Part shown: positions 9,319 to 19,326 of the stretch, piece after piece
Numbering within the stretch: position 1 is the stretch's first letter
How the letters are laid out: every line of letters starts with the position of its first letter
Source: Flavisolibacter sp.
GTDB taxonomy: Bacteria; Bacteroidota; Bacteroidia; Chitinophagales; Chitinophagaceae
Assembly (NCBI GenBank): GCA_036787395.1
Contig: DAIQPL010000003.1
Span: 1 to 41,947 of the forward strand
DNA: 41,947 bases
Reading direction: 5' to 3'
Program-made: the position numbers and the translations under genes
Notes under the pieces: model-generated
Told to the model about the DNA's origin: nothing
The model's input: the letters and a program-made list of their open reading frames with translations, nothing else
Databases searched by the model: none

Positions 9319-12237
9319 ATGAATCTGAAGTTGAATGACCTGGCTGCCACATTAGATGGAGATCTTTTTTATGATTCCACCATGCGCACCTTATATGCTA
9401 CCGATGCATCAGCCTATCGTGAAATGCCATTAGCTGTAGCCGTTCCCAAAACTATAAATGACCTAAAGAAACTGATTGCCTTTGCACGTACAGAAAAAAC
9501 ATCGGTTATACCCAGAACGGCAGGAACGTCACTAGCCGGGCAGGTCGTTGGCAATGGCATTATAACAGACGTTTCCAAACATTTTACACAAATACTGGAA
9601 CTGAATAAAGAAGAAAGTTGGGTTCGTGTACAACCGGGTGTAGTAAGAGATGAATTAAATATGTTTTTGAAAGCCCATGGTTTATTTTTTGGTCCGGAAA
9701 CTTCTACAGCTAACCGTGCTATGATGGGAGGAATGGTTGGCAATAATTCGTGCGGATCTAATTCCATCGTATATAAAAGCACACGTGAACACTTGTTGGA
9801 AGTAAAAGCAGTATTAAGCGATGGCTCGGAAGCAGAGTTTAAAGAATTAACTATCGAAGCCTTTCATAAAAAATGTGAAGGCGCCACACTTGAAGCAACT
9901 ATTTATCGCACCGTGCGGAGTTTACTGAGCAATTATGAAAATGCCCAAGAGATCAGGAAGGAATTTCCTAAAAAAACTATTGAACGAAGAAACACGGGAT
10001 ATGCTATAGATGTATTGTTGGAAACAGCACCATTTACGGCAGGTGGTGAAAACTTTAATTTCTGCAAGCTGATTGCGGGGTCTGAAGGCACCCTGGCTTT
10101 TATCACTGAGATAAAGTTGAAGGTTGTTCCTCTACCGCCAAAAGAAACCGGGCTGCTGTGTGTTCATTTTACATCCATTAATGAATCGCTTCGGGCTAAC
10201 CTCATTGCGTTAAAGTATAGCCCCAGTGCAAGTGAATTGATTGATCATTATATTTTGGATTGCACTAAGGACAATATTGAACAAAGCAAAAATCGCTTCT
10301 TTGTTTTAGGTGACCCCGCCGCTATTCTTGTCATTGAATTTGCCAGGGAACACAGGGAAGAAATAATTGAAATAGCTGCAAAGGTAGAAGCAGATATGAA
10401 AGCAGCAGGTTTAGGCTACCACTTCCCTCTCCTCTTTGGTGAAGACACAAAAAAAATATGGACACTGCGTAAGGCAGGCCTTGGACTTTTAAGTAACCTG
10501 CCCGGCGATGAAAAAGCAGTGCCGGTAATAGAAGATACTGCCGTTGATGTAACTGACCTCCCCGATTTTATTGCAGACTTTAATAGGATACTGGAGAAAC
10601 ACAATCTTTATTCCGTGCATTACGCACATGCCGGCTCTGGTGAAATACACCTGCGCCCCATCATCAATTTAAAAACAAAAGAAGGCAATCGTCTCTTTCG
10701 CATAATAGCAGAGGAAATTGCAGTACTGGTAAAAAAATATAAAGGCTCTTTAAGCGGCGAGCATGGTGATGGAAGATTACGTGGAGAATTTATCGAGCAA
10801 ATGATCGGTGAAAAAAATTATCGATTGCTAAAGGAGATTAAAACAACCTGGGACTCCGAAAATATTTTCAATCCCAATAAAATCGTTGATACACCTTCCA
10901 TGAACAGCATGTTGCGGTATACACCAGGACAGCAAACTCCTGCTTTTAAAACTATATTCCGTTATTATAACCAAGATGTATTGCAACATGCAGAACAATG
11001 CAATGGTTCAGGTGATTGCCGCAAAACCCATTTATCTGGTGGCACTATGTGTCCCTCTTATATGGCTACCCGAAACGAAAAAGACACGACAAGGGCAAGA
11101 GCCAATATCTTAAGAGAATTCTTAACCTATTCTGACAAGATTAATCGTTTTGATCATGAGGAAATACATGACGTAATGGACCTTTGTTTAAGTTGTAAGG
11201 CTTGCAAGTCAGAATGTCCTTCCAATGTGGACATGGCTAAATTGAAAGCCGAGTGGTTACAACATTACTACGATGCCAACGGTGTCCCCTTCCGTTCCCG
11301 CATCATTGCCAATTTTACTGCTTCGGCTAAATTGGGATCTATAGCGCCTCGCCTGTATAATTTTATAATGACGAACAAAAGCATTAGTTCGGTTGTAAAA
11401 CGATTCTCTGGTTTTGCAGTAGAACGATCAATGCCAACACTTTCAAAAACTACTTTGAAAAGCTGGCACAAAAAACATCAGTCTGAAAAAGAAAGCAAAG
11501 GAAATAAAACAGTCTATCTTTTTTGCGACGAGTTCACCAATTATAATGATACCGGTATTGGTATCAAGTCTGTTTTACTTTTAGAAAGACTTGGCTATGA
11601 AGTAGTCATACCGAGACATAAAGAAAGCGGACGTTCCTGGTTATCAAAAGGTCTTGTTCGAAAGGCCAAAGAAATTGCCAATAAAAACATCTCTTTGCTC
11701 TATCCTGTAATAACTGAAGAAACTCCATTAATCGGGATAGAACCTTCGGCGATACTTACTTTCCGTGATGAATATATTGATTTAGCGGATGATGATTTGT
11801 TTGATCAGGCAAAAAACCTGGCAAAACATGTTTACCTCATCGACGAATTTATTGCAAGGGAAATAGAAAAAGGAAATATTAGCAGGGAACAATTTACTAA
11901 GGAAAAAAGGTCCATCAAACTGCATGGACATTGCCAGCAGAAAGCATTATCTTCTGTAGCTCCTTCGGTTAAACTTTTATCACTTCCTGAAAATTACTCT
12001 GTCTCTGTCATCCCATCCGGATGTTGCGGAATGGCAGGTTCGTTTGGATATGAAAAAGAACACTACGGTGTCTCCCAGCAGATTGGCGAACTGGTTTTAT
12101 TTCCAAGCGTACGCCAACAACCCAATGAAGTAATTATTGCAGCGCCTGGCACCAGTTGCCGGCATCAAATTAAAGATGGTACTGGTAGAAAAGCGGTACA
12201 CCCGGTAGAAGTTTTGTACGAAGCGCTATTATCATAG
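9319..12237 (+). CDS. FAD-binding, Fe-S, CCG-domain oxidoreductase (YdiJ/GlcD-GlcF-like 2-hydroxyacid dehydrogenase)
   Basis: PRTAGTSLAGQ, SGEHGDG, CNGSGDC, CLSCKACKSECP and CCGMAGSFG. Confidence 0.9.
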   Translation: MNLKLNDLAATLDGDLFYDSTMRTLYATDASAYREMPLAVAVPKTINDLKKLIAFARTEKTSVIPRTAGTSLAGQVVGNGIITDVSKHFTQILELNKEESWVRVQPGVVRDELNMFLKAHGLFFGPETSTANRAMMGGMVGNNSCGSNSIVYKSTREHLLEVKAVLSDGSEAEFKELTIEAFHKKCEGATLEATIYRTVRSLLSNYENAQEIRKEFPKKTIERRNTGYAIDVLLETAPFTAGGENFNFCKLIAGSEGTLAFITEIKLKVVPLPPKETGLLCVHFTSINESLRANLIALKYSPSASELIDHYILDCTKDNIEQSKNRFFVLGDPAAILVIEFAREHREEIIEIAAKVEADMKAAGLGYHFPLLFGEDTKKIWTLRKAGLGLLSNLPGDEKAVPVIEDTAVDVTDLPDFIADFNRILEKHNLYSVHYAHAGSGEIHLRPIINLKTKEGNRLFRIIAEEIAVLVKKYKGSLSGEHGDGRLRGEFIEQMIGEKNYRLLKEIKTTWDSENIFNPNKIVDTPSMNSMLRYTPGQQTPAFKTIFRYYNQDVLQHAEQCNGSGDCRKTHLSGGTMCPSYMATRNEKDTTRARANILREFLTYSDKINRFDHEEIHDVMDLCLSCKACKSECPSNVDMAKLKAEWLQHYYDANGVPFRSRIIANFTASAKLGSIAPRLYNFIMTNKSISSVVKRFSGFAVERSMPTLSKTTLKSWHKKHQSEKESKGNKTVYLFCDEFTNYNDTGIGIKSVLLLERLGYEVVIPRHKESGRSWLSKGLVRKAKEIANKNISLLYPVITEETPLIGIEPSAILTFRDEYIDLADDDLFDQAKNLAKHVYLIDEFIAREIEKGNISREQFTKEKRSIKLHGHCQQKALSSVAPSVKLLSLPENYSVSVIPSGCCGMAGSFGYEKEHYGVSQQIGELVLFPSVRQQPNEVIIAAPGTSCRHQIKDGTGRKAVHPVEVLYEALLS

Positions 12238-12352
12238 ACTAAAGAAACAAGCTATCAAAGCTGGCGGTTGGTACATCACTGTTTTCTATGTATATTAAGA
12301 TCAGCCAGTGCTGATGCAGAAACCACAGCTCTTGTTCCGGAAACTAAATGAA

Positions 12353-13564
12353 ATGAAAACACTATTATTAGTATGCCTGCTTCCTTTCCAGGCTATTGCA
12401 CAGAATATAAGTGGTATATGGACAGGCTCTCTTGAAAGCACAGGAACTAATCTGAGATACGAAGTAGTAATCAGTGAGAGCACTGAAAAAATAACAGGGT
12501 ATGCCCTTACTGTTTTTATGTTCGATGGTGTTGAGAACATGGGCATCAAATCCATAAAACTTAAAAGAAAGAATGAAACGTTATCGCTTGAAGACGGTGA
12601 AATGATCTATGATAATTATAGCACTCCGCCAAGAAGAGTAAAGTTGATCGGCAATTTGTTTTTACGTGCAAAAGATTCGGTCATGACATTGAGCGGAACA
12701 TTCTTTACAAGGTCTCTTGATTTCAGGTCACAGGATAAAACGGCCTTTACCGGGACTATACATCTCCAACGACAAAATAATAATACATTAACCAGGCTGG
12801 TTTCCAAGCTGGATGAACTGAATTTGCTCAATGCCTTTTCTTTTGTTTCTCCAAAAACCAGAACGAAAGATCCGGTTACAGAAATCGTTACTTCAGAAAA
12901 TGTACCAATGCCGTCACAGAAACAACTGCAAAGAAGAATTGATTTGCCTGAACAAACTTTCGTGAAAACGCTACCGCCGATTTTAAATCCAAAAGAAAGA
13001 AAACTTGTCCTGCTACCGCCGGTAATAGCAATAGTATCTGAGCCATTACCAGAACCAAAGGAACTGCAAAAGCAGCTACCAGTAGTTGCCAAAACAGTGA
13101 CAGTTGCAAAAATACAAGCTCCTCCTTCACCCAAACAAAAAGTAATAGTAAGGGTTACACCTCTGCCTCCTGTCATCAACACTATCCCATCAGCTCCACC
13201 GGCTGCTGCAGCACTGGCAGAGAGAAAAACAGAGATCATACGCAGTGTTCCTTTTTCTTCAGACAGCCTTTTGCTAAGCTTATACGATAACGGAACAATT
13301 GATGGTGACACCGTAAGCGTGGTACTAAATGGTAACGTTATTATTGCGAAAAAACGGCTAACTGCCAATGCAATAAGGGCTACGGTATATGTTACTCCCG
13401 AGCTTGGCGACTCTCTGCAACTGGTGATGTACGCTGAAAACCTGGGAAGTATTCCACCAAACACCGGGCTGCTAATTATACAGGATGGCGATAACAGGAT
13501 TGAAATTAGGTTTGCAGGAGATCTGCAAAAAAGTTCAGCAATTATTTTAAGAAGGAGACGTTAG
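12353..13564 (+). CDS. Secreted hypothetical protein with Pro-rich linker
   Basis: Signal peptide MKTLLLVCLLPFQAIAQ from ATG 12353; central Pro/Val/Lys-rich region; C-terminal YDNGTIDGD...AENLGSIPPNT domain. Confidence 0.8.
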   Translation: MKTLLLVCLLPFQAIAQNISGIWTGSLESTGTNLRYEVVISESTEKITGYALTVFMFDGVENMGIKSIKLKRKNETLSLEDGEMIYDNYSTPPRRVKLIGNLFLRAKDSVMTLSGTFFTRSLDFRSQDKTAFTGTIHLQRQNNNTLTRLVSKLDELNLLNAFSFVSPKTRTKDPVTEIVTSENVPMPSQKQLQRRIDLPEQTFVKTLPPILNPKERKLVLLPPVIAIVSEPLPEPKELQKQLPVVAKTVTVAKIQAPPSPKQKVIVRVTPLPPVINTIPSAPPAAAALAERKTEIIRSVPFSSDSLLLSLYDNGTIDGDTVSVVLNGNVIIAKKRLTANAIRATVYVTPELGDSLQLVMYAENLGSIPPNTGLLIIQDGDNRIEIRFAGDLQKSSAIILRRRR

Positions 13565-13677
13565 CTGGTATTTTACTTGCGCTGACTGTCACCGGTTCAA
13601 ATGCCGCAACTTGGTGAGGTTAGTTTTCGGAAGCAGTTTGAAAGGAGCAGCTCCATCCCTGTGTAAGAATGGCGCAA

Positions 13678-14046
13678 CTACTGATCTTGCTGCCTGCTTT
13701 CTGCCAGCAGTACTTTAAGCTTTTTATCAAGGTAAAAAGTGAATGTATACGGATGTATGACACCTGTTGAATTCCTATCAGCAGGTTGTGTATCTGCAAT
13801 TTCAAACTTGTGCTCAACGGTCCATGCAATTTCGGCATTGAGCTTTTTATTTGGCTTTAACTCACCGTAAGAAACAGGTTTATAGGCACGGCTTTTAAAC
13901 ATTTTTGTACTCAGGTATTCCCTGATATTTTCCTGTGCTAGTTCGCTTGCCGACCTGTTGATTTGTGCATTTGAAATAAATGGAACGAGCAATAAAATAA
14001 GGATAATCCGCATAACAAAGTTTTTAGGAATTATCTCATGCATCAA
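13678..14046 (-). CDS. Secreted hypothetical protein
   Basis: Signal-like MRIILILLLVPFISNAQ; the true start may be the internal Met. Confidence 0.7.
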   Translation of the reverse strand: MMHEIIPKNFVMRIILILLLVPFISNAQINRSASELAQENIREYLSTKMFKSRAYKPVSYGELKPNKKLNAEIAWTVEHKFEIADTQPADRNSTGVIHPYTFTFYLDKKLKVLLAESRQQDQ

Positions 14047-14163
14047 GTAGTAAATTTAAATTAGCGCTATCAAACGAAATCGTTCGTATAATAAGGATGA
14101 ATGGTTAATACCTTTTATTATAACACATAAGAGAGGATGAATGATGCAGGTAAATGACTGTTT

Positions 14164-14577
14164 TTAAAAGCTATAGATCAAACCCAATTGTGTTAACTTA
14201 TTGTGTTTTGAAGGTAGAGCACTGAGTTCCTGCTGCTGAATGGCCAGCTTGATTTTCTTCACATTAGACCTACCTACCAATAAAATTGGTAGACCTGCCG
14301 CCGCAACAACTAAACCTGTTTGTCCAAGTGTGTCACCAAAATCCAATGCACTTTCGTTCGATGTTGAATTAAAATCCATGTTGCCAAGGACCATTGACTC
14401 TCCTATCAGGCAGGCAACTAAACCAACCATCGTAATTACAGTACCCACCGTTCTCAAGGCCTTGGCAGATTTCAATTGTTTAGTAAAATCGTTATATCTG
14501 TCAGGAGTCGTCATTTGTTGCTGGCCAAATGCAGAAATTGTAGGTGCCAGCAATAAAAGAAAGAATAGCTGTTTCAT
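14164..14577 (-). CDS. Hypothetical membrane protein
   Basis: Signal peptide, two hydrophobic segments and C-terminal aromatic YSF. Confidence 0.7.
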   Translation of the reverse strand: MKQLFFLLLLAPTISAFGQQQMTTPDRYNDFTKQLKSAKALRTVGTVITMVGLVACLIGESMVLGNMDFNSTSNESALDFGDTLGQTGLVVAAAGLPILLVGRSNVKKIKLAIQQQELSALPSKHNKLTQLGLIYSF

Positions 14578-14610
14578 AAATAAATTTTAGAGATGAAGAA
14601 TCATGTATCA

Positions 14611-14618
14611 CAAACTTA
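14611..14618 (-). promoter_or_regulatory. Bacteroidota -7 promoter element (TAAGTTTG)
   Basis: Matches TAnnTTTG about 33 nt upstream of ATG 14577; no clear -33 element. Confidence 0.4.
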
Positions 14619-14778
14619 TTGTTGCGAAAAGAGCTGTTCTAATTAAATTTTCAGGTGAACCCGACGCTGGTTGCAAAAAGTACTAATCGCTTTTGAAGTT
14701 CATTGTTGTGGACATTTTTTTGATTCGCTTAACTTTATTAAACGGTAACCCGTAATACTATAACCATAATCTTAGCAT

Positions 14779-15138
14779 ATGCAACACTCAGAAGAGTTCC
14801 TCAAATTGGTAGATGAAGCAAAAACCAACATTAAAGAAGTTTCTGTATCACAAACCCAGGAACGAATAAAACAGGGAGCCAATTTGATAGACGTTCGTGA
14901 AGACAATGAATGGCAGGCAGGCCATGCCAAAAATGCTATCCACCTGGGACGCGGCATTATTGAACGTGATATTGTTCAAAAATTCCCCGACAAAAACGCC
15001 GAACTGATTTTATATTGTGGTGGTGGATTTCGTTCAATTTTGTCGGCTGTCAACCTCCAAAAAATGGGTTATTCAAATGTCTCTTCAATGGCTGGTGGCT
15101 GGAGAGAATGGAAGGAAGCAGGTGCACCAACTGAATGA
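14779..15138 (+). CDS. Single-domain rhodanese/sulfurtransferase
   Basis: LIDVRE, GHAKNA, active-site loop CGGGFR, MAGGWREW. Confidence 0.93.
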   Translation: MQHSEEFLKLVDEAKTNIKEVSVSQTQERIKQGANLIDVREDNEWQAGHAKNAIHLGRGIIERDIVQKFPDKNAELILYCGGGFRSILSAVNLQKMGYSNVSSMAGGWREWKEAGAPTE

Positions 15139-15175
15139 ATAACCATAAAGCGTCAGGGTGTTGTAGTTCCAGACA

Positions 15176-16360
15176 TTAATTTATTGCATGCTTTGCTACC
15201 CTTTTATAGGTTAGCGCATAAATGGTGAAAGCGAGTGTAACAGAAATTCCGCCTGCTGCGCAGATACCGGTCCACCCTGCTCTATCCCAGACCCATAATC
15301 CAATAGCGGAACCCAGGGAGGTGCCAACAAAACTAACTGTCATATAAACAGTATTCAACCGGTTGCGGGCTTCCGGAAGAAGTGCATAAACGCGGGCCTG
15401 GTTAGATACATGAACAGATTGCTGCCCGAGGTCAAGCAAAACAATTCCGAAGACCATTCCAGTAACCGACCAACCAAAAAGATAAAAAAGCACAAAGCTA
15501 ATCACCACAATCAAAAGTCCATAACCAATGGCTACTCTTGGATTGCCTTTATCTGCAGAGCCACCTATCAATGGAGCTATTAAGGCACCTGCCACTGCTG
15601 CAAGCCCAAAAAGCCCAACCTGGTCAGAATGAAACCGGAATGGAGGATTTGATAAATGCAAAACCATTGTGGTCCAGAACATTCCAAACGAAGAAAATGT
15701 AAGCGCATTAATAGCAGCCGCTTCACGCAACACCGGCTGCTTCCTTACAAGAACGCCTAAAGATTTCATTAGCGATCCATAAGTTCCGGTAAAGTATGGC
15801 GGTGCGGGTGGAAACACAAAATTCATCGCTAACAATAAAAGGACTGATATAGCTGCAGCTATCCAGAACATAGCTCTCCATCCAAGCCAGGCGCCAACAA
15901 AACCGCTTACCGATCGGGATAATAAAATACCGATTAATAACCCACTCATAACAATACCAATGACCTTTCCTCTTTTGTTAGGTGGAGATAGCTGTGCTGC
16001 CAACGGAAGTATCATTTGTGGTACAACAGAAGTGCATCCTATAAGAACGCAGGCAACAGTTAACATAGATAATGAAACAGACAAGGCAGCCATTATTAAC
16101 GAAGCAACGGCCAGGGCAGTGGTGTATACAATCTGTTTTCGCTTTTCAAACATATCTCCCAGCGGAACCAGGAATAACAACCCCAATGCATATCCTATCT
16201 GGGTAAAAAAACTAATGCTTCCTGCGGTGCTTTCCGCCACCTTAAATTCACGGCTGATCAATACTACAAGCGGTTGGCAATAATAAATATTTGCTACAAT
16301 CAATCCTGTGCACAAGGCCATGAATAAAACCTGCCATTGCTTAAGGGTATAATTTTCCAT
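15176..16360 (-). CDS. MFS transporter
   Basis: About 12 TM segments; VANIYYCQPL, LVPLGDMFEKR, GWR motifs. Confidence 0.9.
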   Translation of the reverse strand: MENYTLKQWQVLFMALCTGLIVANIYYCQPLVVLISREFKVAESTAGSISFFTQIGYALGLLFLVPLGDMFEKRKQIVYTTALAVASLIMAALSVSLSMLTVACVLIGCTSVVPQMILPLAAQLSPPNKRGKVIGIVMSGLLIGILLSRSVSGFVGAWLGWRAMFWIAAAISVLLLLAMNFVFPPAPPYFTGTYGSLMKSLGVLVRKQPVLREAAAINALTFSSFGMFWTTMVLHLSNPPFRFHSDQVGLFGLAAVAGALIAPLIGGSADKGNPRVAIGYGLLIVVISFVLFYLFGWSVTGMVFGIVLLDLGQQSVHVSNQARVYALLPEARNRLNTVYMTVSFVGTSLGSAIGLWVWDRAGWTGICAAGGISVTLAFTIYALTYKRVAKHAIN

Positions 16361-16367
16361 GGGGTTG

Positions 16368-16375
16368 CAAAACTA
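16368..16375 (-). promoter_or_regulatory. Bacteroidota -7 promoter element (TAGTTTTG), implying a very short leader
   Basis: TAnnTTTG match ending 7 nt before the MFS ATG. Confidence 0.45.
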
Positions 16376-16523
16376 CAGTAAGAACAGTCAAAAATGTTCT
16401 TATGCCACGGCACAAAAACTCTCATTTAAGTTTCAAATAATTCTGTTATCTGGTTGGGGAGCTGTTGCCGGATGTCTTTCATTTCGCCAGACCTTAAAAG
16501 ATGTTTATTTACCGGTAAAATGC

Positions 16524-17345
16524 TTACAGGTTTTTGACAAAAGCGGCCATTCTTTCTCTTATGGCATCATCGGGTAATGAGCCCTGTCCCGCTTTCATAT
16601 TATCGACTACATGATCCGGATTACCCGTACCGGGAATGACACAGGTTACAGCCGGGTGAGATATGATGAATTTTAGAAAGAAGGAAGCCCAGTTGTCTAT
16701 GTCTTGATCTTTAGTCCAGGCAGGCAGGTTCTTTCCCTTGACCCTGGCAAATAAAGAACCTTCTCCAAAAGGCCGGTTAACCAGCGTAGCAACTCCATGA
16801 TCTGCAGCAGCAGGCAGCAATCTTTTTTCTGCGTTCCTTGAAGTAATGGAATAATTAAATTGAACAAAATCTACGGGCTCGGACCGGATGATTTTTTCCA
16901 GGTCTTCGTGCATCGAGTCCATGTAGTGTGTAATACCGATATACCGCACCTTACCTTCTTCTTTCCATTGGCGCAGTGTAGCCATGTGCGTTTTCCAATC
17001 CACGAGGTTATGTATTTGCATAAGATCGATGAATGAACGCCTTAGTTTCCGCAATGAATCATTCATTTGACGGATGCCCCCTTCCCTACCCTGCGTCCAC
17101 ACTTTAGTAGCATAAAAAAAATCATTTTGTATAGATGCTGCTTCGCTTATGACGCCCACAACTTCTTCGGCCCTTCCATACATCGGCGAGCTATCAATTA
17201 GTTTACCGCCTGCCTTGTGCATGCCATTAATAACATTGCTAAGAACATCAGATTCCTGTTGACTTGACACGTCAAAAGCCTGCCAGGTGCCGAGGCCAAT
17301 TACAGATAAAGATTCTTTTGTTGATGGAATGAGTCGTTCTATCAT
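16524..17345 (-). CDS. Aldo/keto reductase
   Basis: IGLGTW, IDSSPMYG, ATKVW, DLMQIHN and VIPGT. Confidence 0.93.
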   Translation of the reverse strand: MIERLIPSTKESLSVIGLGTWQAFDVSSQQESDVLSNVINGMHKAGGKLIDSSPMYGRAEEVVGVISEAASIQNDFFYATKVWTQGREGGIRQMNDSLRKLRRSFIDLMQIHNLVDWKTHMATLRQWKEEGKVRYIGITHYMDSMHEDLEKIIRSEPVDFVQFNYSITSRNAEKRLLPAAADHGVATLVNRPFGEGSLFARVKGKNLPAWTKDQDIDNWASFFLKFIISHPAVTCVIPGTGNPDHVVDNMKAGQGSLPDDAIRERMAAFVKNL

Positions 17346-17603
17346 ACTTGTTTTGATATTTCTTAAAAATTACTCCTGTCTTGAGAATTGCAATAGCAAT
17401 GCTGCAATTATTAAACCGGTTAACAAATTTAATTGGAGCATCTTGCCCGGGAAATTAATTAATATTGGAGTGAGAAGTTGCGCAAGGCGGCGAGTTGTTC
17501 ATCATGTGAAATGACCCCACGCATTCAATTGTCAAGAAAAGCTTACCGGTGGTGTAAGCTGTGCTGAAACTCTTTAAGGCAGTACTAACTTAAAATAAAA
17601 GCC

Positions 17604-18455
17604 ATGAAATTCTATCTATCGCTAGTAACGGCTCTTATTTGCTTCTTTACTGCACCTAAAGAACAAACTTATGTTGGAAGTACACCCGCTCATAGTGTGG
17701 TACGGGATTTCCTCCAAATTTCTTTAACTGATTCCATAGACTTTATCCGTTGGAAGTTGGAGATCGGTTCAAACAAATTTGAACTTCATTGCAAATACGG
17801 TTTGTCCAAAGCAGGAACTCCTGGATTTGTAAATGAAAAAACCGTGGACTTTGAAGGGGAGTTGACGAAAACAGGAAATAATTATTCCCTGCAACATAAA
17901 GGCAGAAAACTTGCGCTGCTGGAAGTGAACACAGCCCTTCTTCATTTGTTAGACAATGATAATAACCTGCTCGTTGGAAACGGGGGGTACAGTTATGATT
18001 TGAATAGTACGGCTCCTATAAAAACAAACCAGTTTAACATACAACCTGTTCAAACCAAAATCCAATATCCCCTGGTTTTTGAAGGAAGAACGCCCTGCCA
18101 GGAACTGTCTGTACTTCTTGGCTTAAATAAAAGTGAAGCCTGTAATAAGATGAAATGGTATATCATTTTTTATACGCACTCTATAACCGGGAAACCCTCA
18201 CACTATCTTAAGGGTGGCATTGGTTACAGAAAGGAAACCATGGAAAGAGGCAACTGGCAGATTGTAACCGGCAAAGACGGACGAATTCTTTACCAGCTCA
18301 GTCCCGACAAAGGAGCTTACTCCCTTTCCTTATTAAAAGGCGATGACAACATTTTATTTTTTATCGACGGCAACGGCAATTTGCTGGTAGGAAATGAAGA
18401 CTTTAGTTATACCCTGAACAGGAGGAAGGCGGAATATACTCCGGTAAGCCGGTGA
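17604..18455 (+). CDS. Exported protein with two internal repeats, weakly NlpE-N-like
   Basis: Hydrophobic N-terminus; repeated C-terminal motif LLVGN..[YF]SY.LN in both halves; GRTPC...C in the second repeat. Confidence 0.7.
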   Translation: MKFYLSLVTALICFFTAPKEQTYVGSTPAHSVVRDFLQISLTDSIDFIRWKLEIGSNKFELHCKYGLSKAGTPGFVNEKTVDFEGELTKTGNNYSLQHKGRKLALLEVNTALLHLLDNDNNLLVGNGGYSYDLNSTAPIKTNQFNIQPVQTKIQYPLVFEGRTPCQELSVLLGLNKSEACNKMKWYIIFYTHSITGKPSHYLKGGIGYRKETMERGNWQIVTGKDGRILYQLSPDKGAYSLSLLKGDDNILFFIDGNGNLLVGNEDFSYTLNRRKAEYTPVSR

Positions 18456-18557
18456 TTACATAACATGTTGCTGGCGGATTTGTCATTAATTTTGGACTTT
18501 TGCCATAGCAATGCAACATTGCAATTGTTTGAGGTGTCATAATATAAACGGCCAGGT

Positions 18558-19016
18558 ATGAAAAGCTCTTACATTATACTGTTTTTGATTGCACCGGTTC
18601 TCTTTTCCTGCAAAAAGAGTGTTGCTGACGATGTTCCTTCCATTGTGAACGGGCCATTGAATAATATAGATGGCACTTGGAAAATGATAGTAGTGAAAGA
18701 TAACACTACAAATTCCTCCACAACCAAACCATCCTTTATCCAGGGAGACGTGGTTATTACAATTGTATCCAATAGTGCAACAACAGGTGTATTTAATGGA
18801 AAAACGCCTTCTAATACAATTATGTCAAATGATTTTTCTCTTGGACCAAATTACATTATATCGATGCCTGTTCTGTCAATGACAAAAGTTAATGAAACCA
18901 CCTGGGGCCGGGAATTTGTTGACAATATAAGGGATGCCCAACAATATAGTTTTACCAGTGTGGGAGAACTAAGCATCAGGACAACCAACAAAACCCTCAC
19001 GTTTAAAAAGTTATAG
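18558..19016 (+). CDS. Hypothetical lipoprotein (possibly META/HslJ-like beta fold)
   Basis: Lipobox LFSC, GTWK motif, MTKV segment. Confidence 0.7.
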   Translation: MKSSYIILFLIAPVLFSCKKSVADDVPSIVNGPLNNIDGTWKMIVVKDNTTNSSTTKPSFIQGDVVITIVSNSATTGVFNGKTPSNTIMSNDFSLGPNYIISMPVLSMTKVNETTWGREFVDNIRDAQQYSFTSVGELSIRTTNKTLTFKKL

Positions 19017-19326
19017 CTCCTAACTGCAACGGCGACTTTTGTAAGCGTCTTATGAAATAGTTTCCATCATTTTGTCAAATCATTTGACCCTTTTCTTAAG
19101 TACAACAGAAAGAACAACGATTCGATACAAAACGATACAAACGTTTGATGTCTTTGAACGTAAGGGTTGACATTTACGTATCAGAACAAAATCAGCCCTG
19201 TTGCAGAGAAGCTTGTAACAAAAGGCTGGTATGCTATCGCAAAGCCTTAAAACATTTTGTTTAGCTTTAATTAATAATTACCTGAAAAATTACTGGTACA
19301 GGCGGTGCAAGTTTGGTATCATATCG

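Noticed and set aside
12616..13464. 282-aa antisense ORF
   Set aside because: Shadow of the Pro-rich secreted gene; no recognisable motifs.
17365..17445. 23-codon hydrophobic minus-strand ORF (MLQLNLLTGLIIAALLLQFSRQE) upstream of the aldo-keto reductase
   Set aside because: Too short and has no supporting signal; could be chance in AT-rich DNA.
19117..19143. Short tandem CGATACAAA repeat
   Set aside because: Two copies only, no spacers; not a CRISPR or iteron array.
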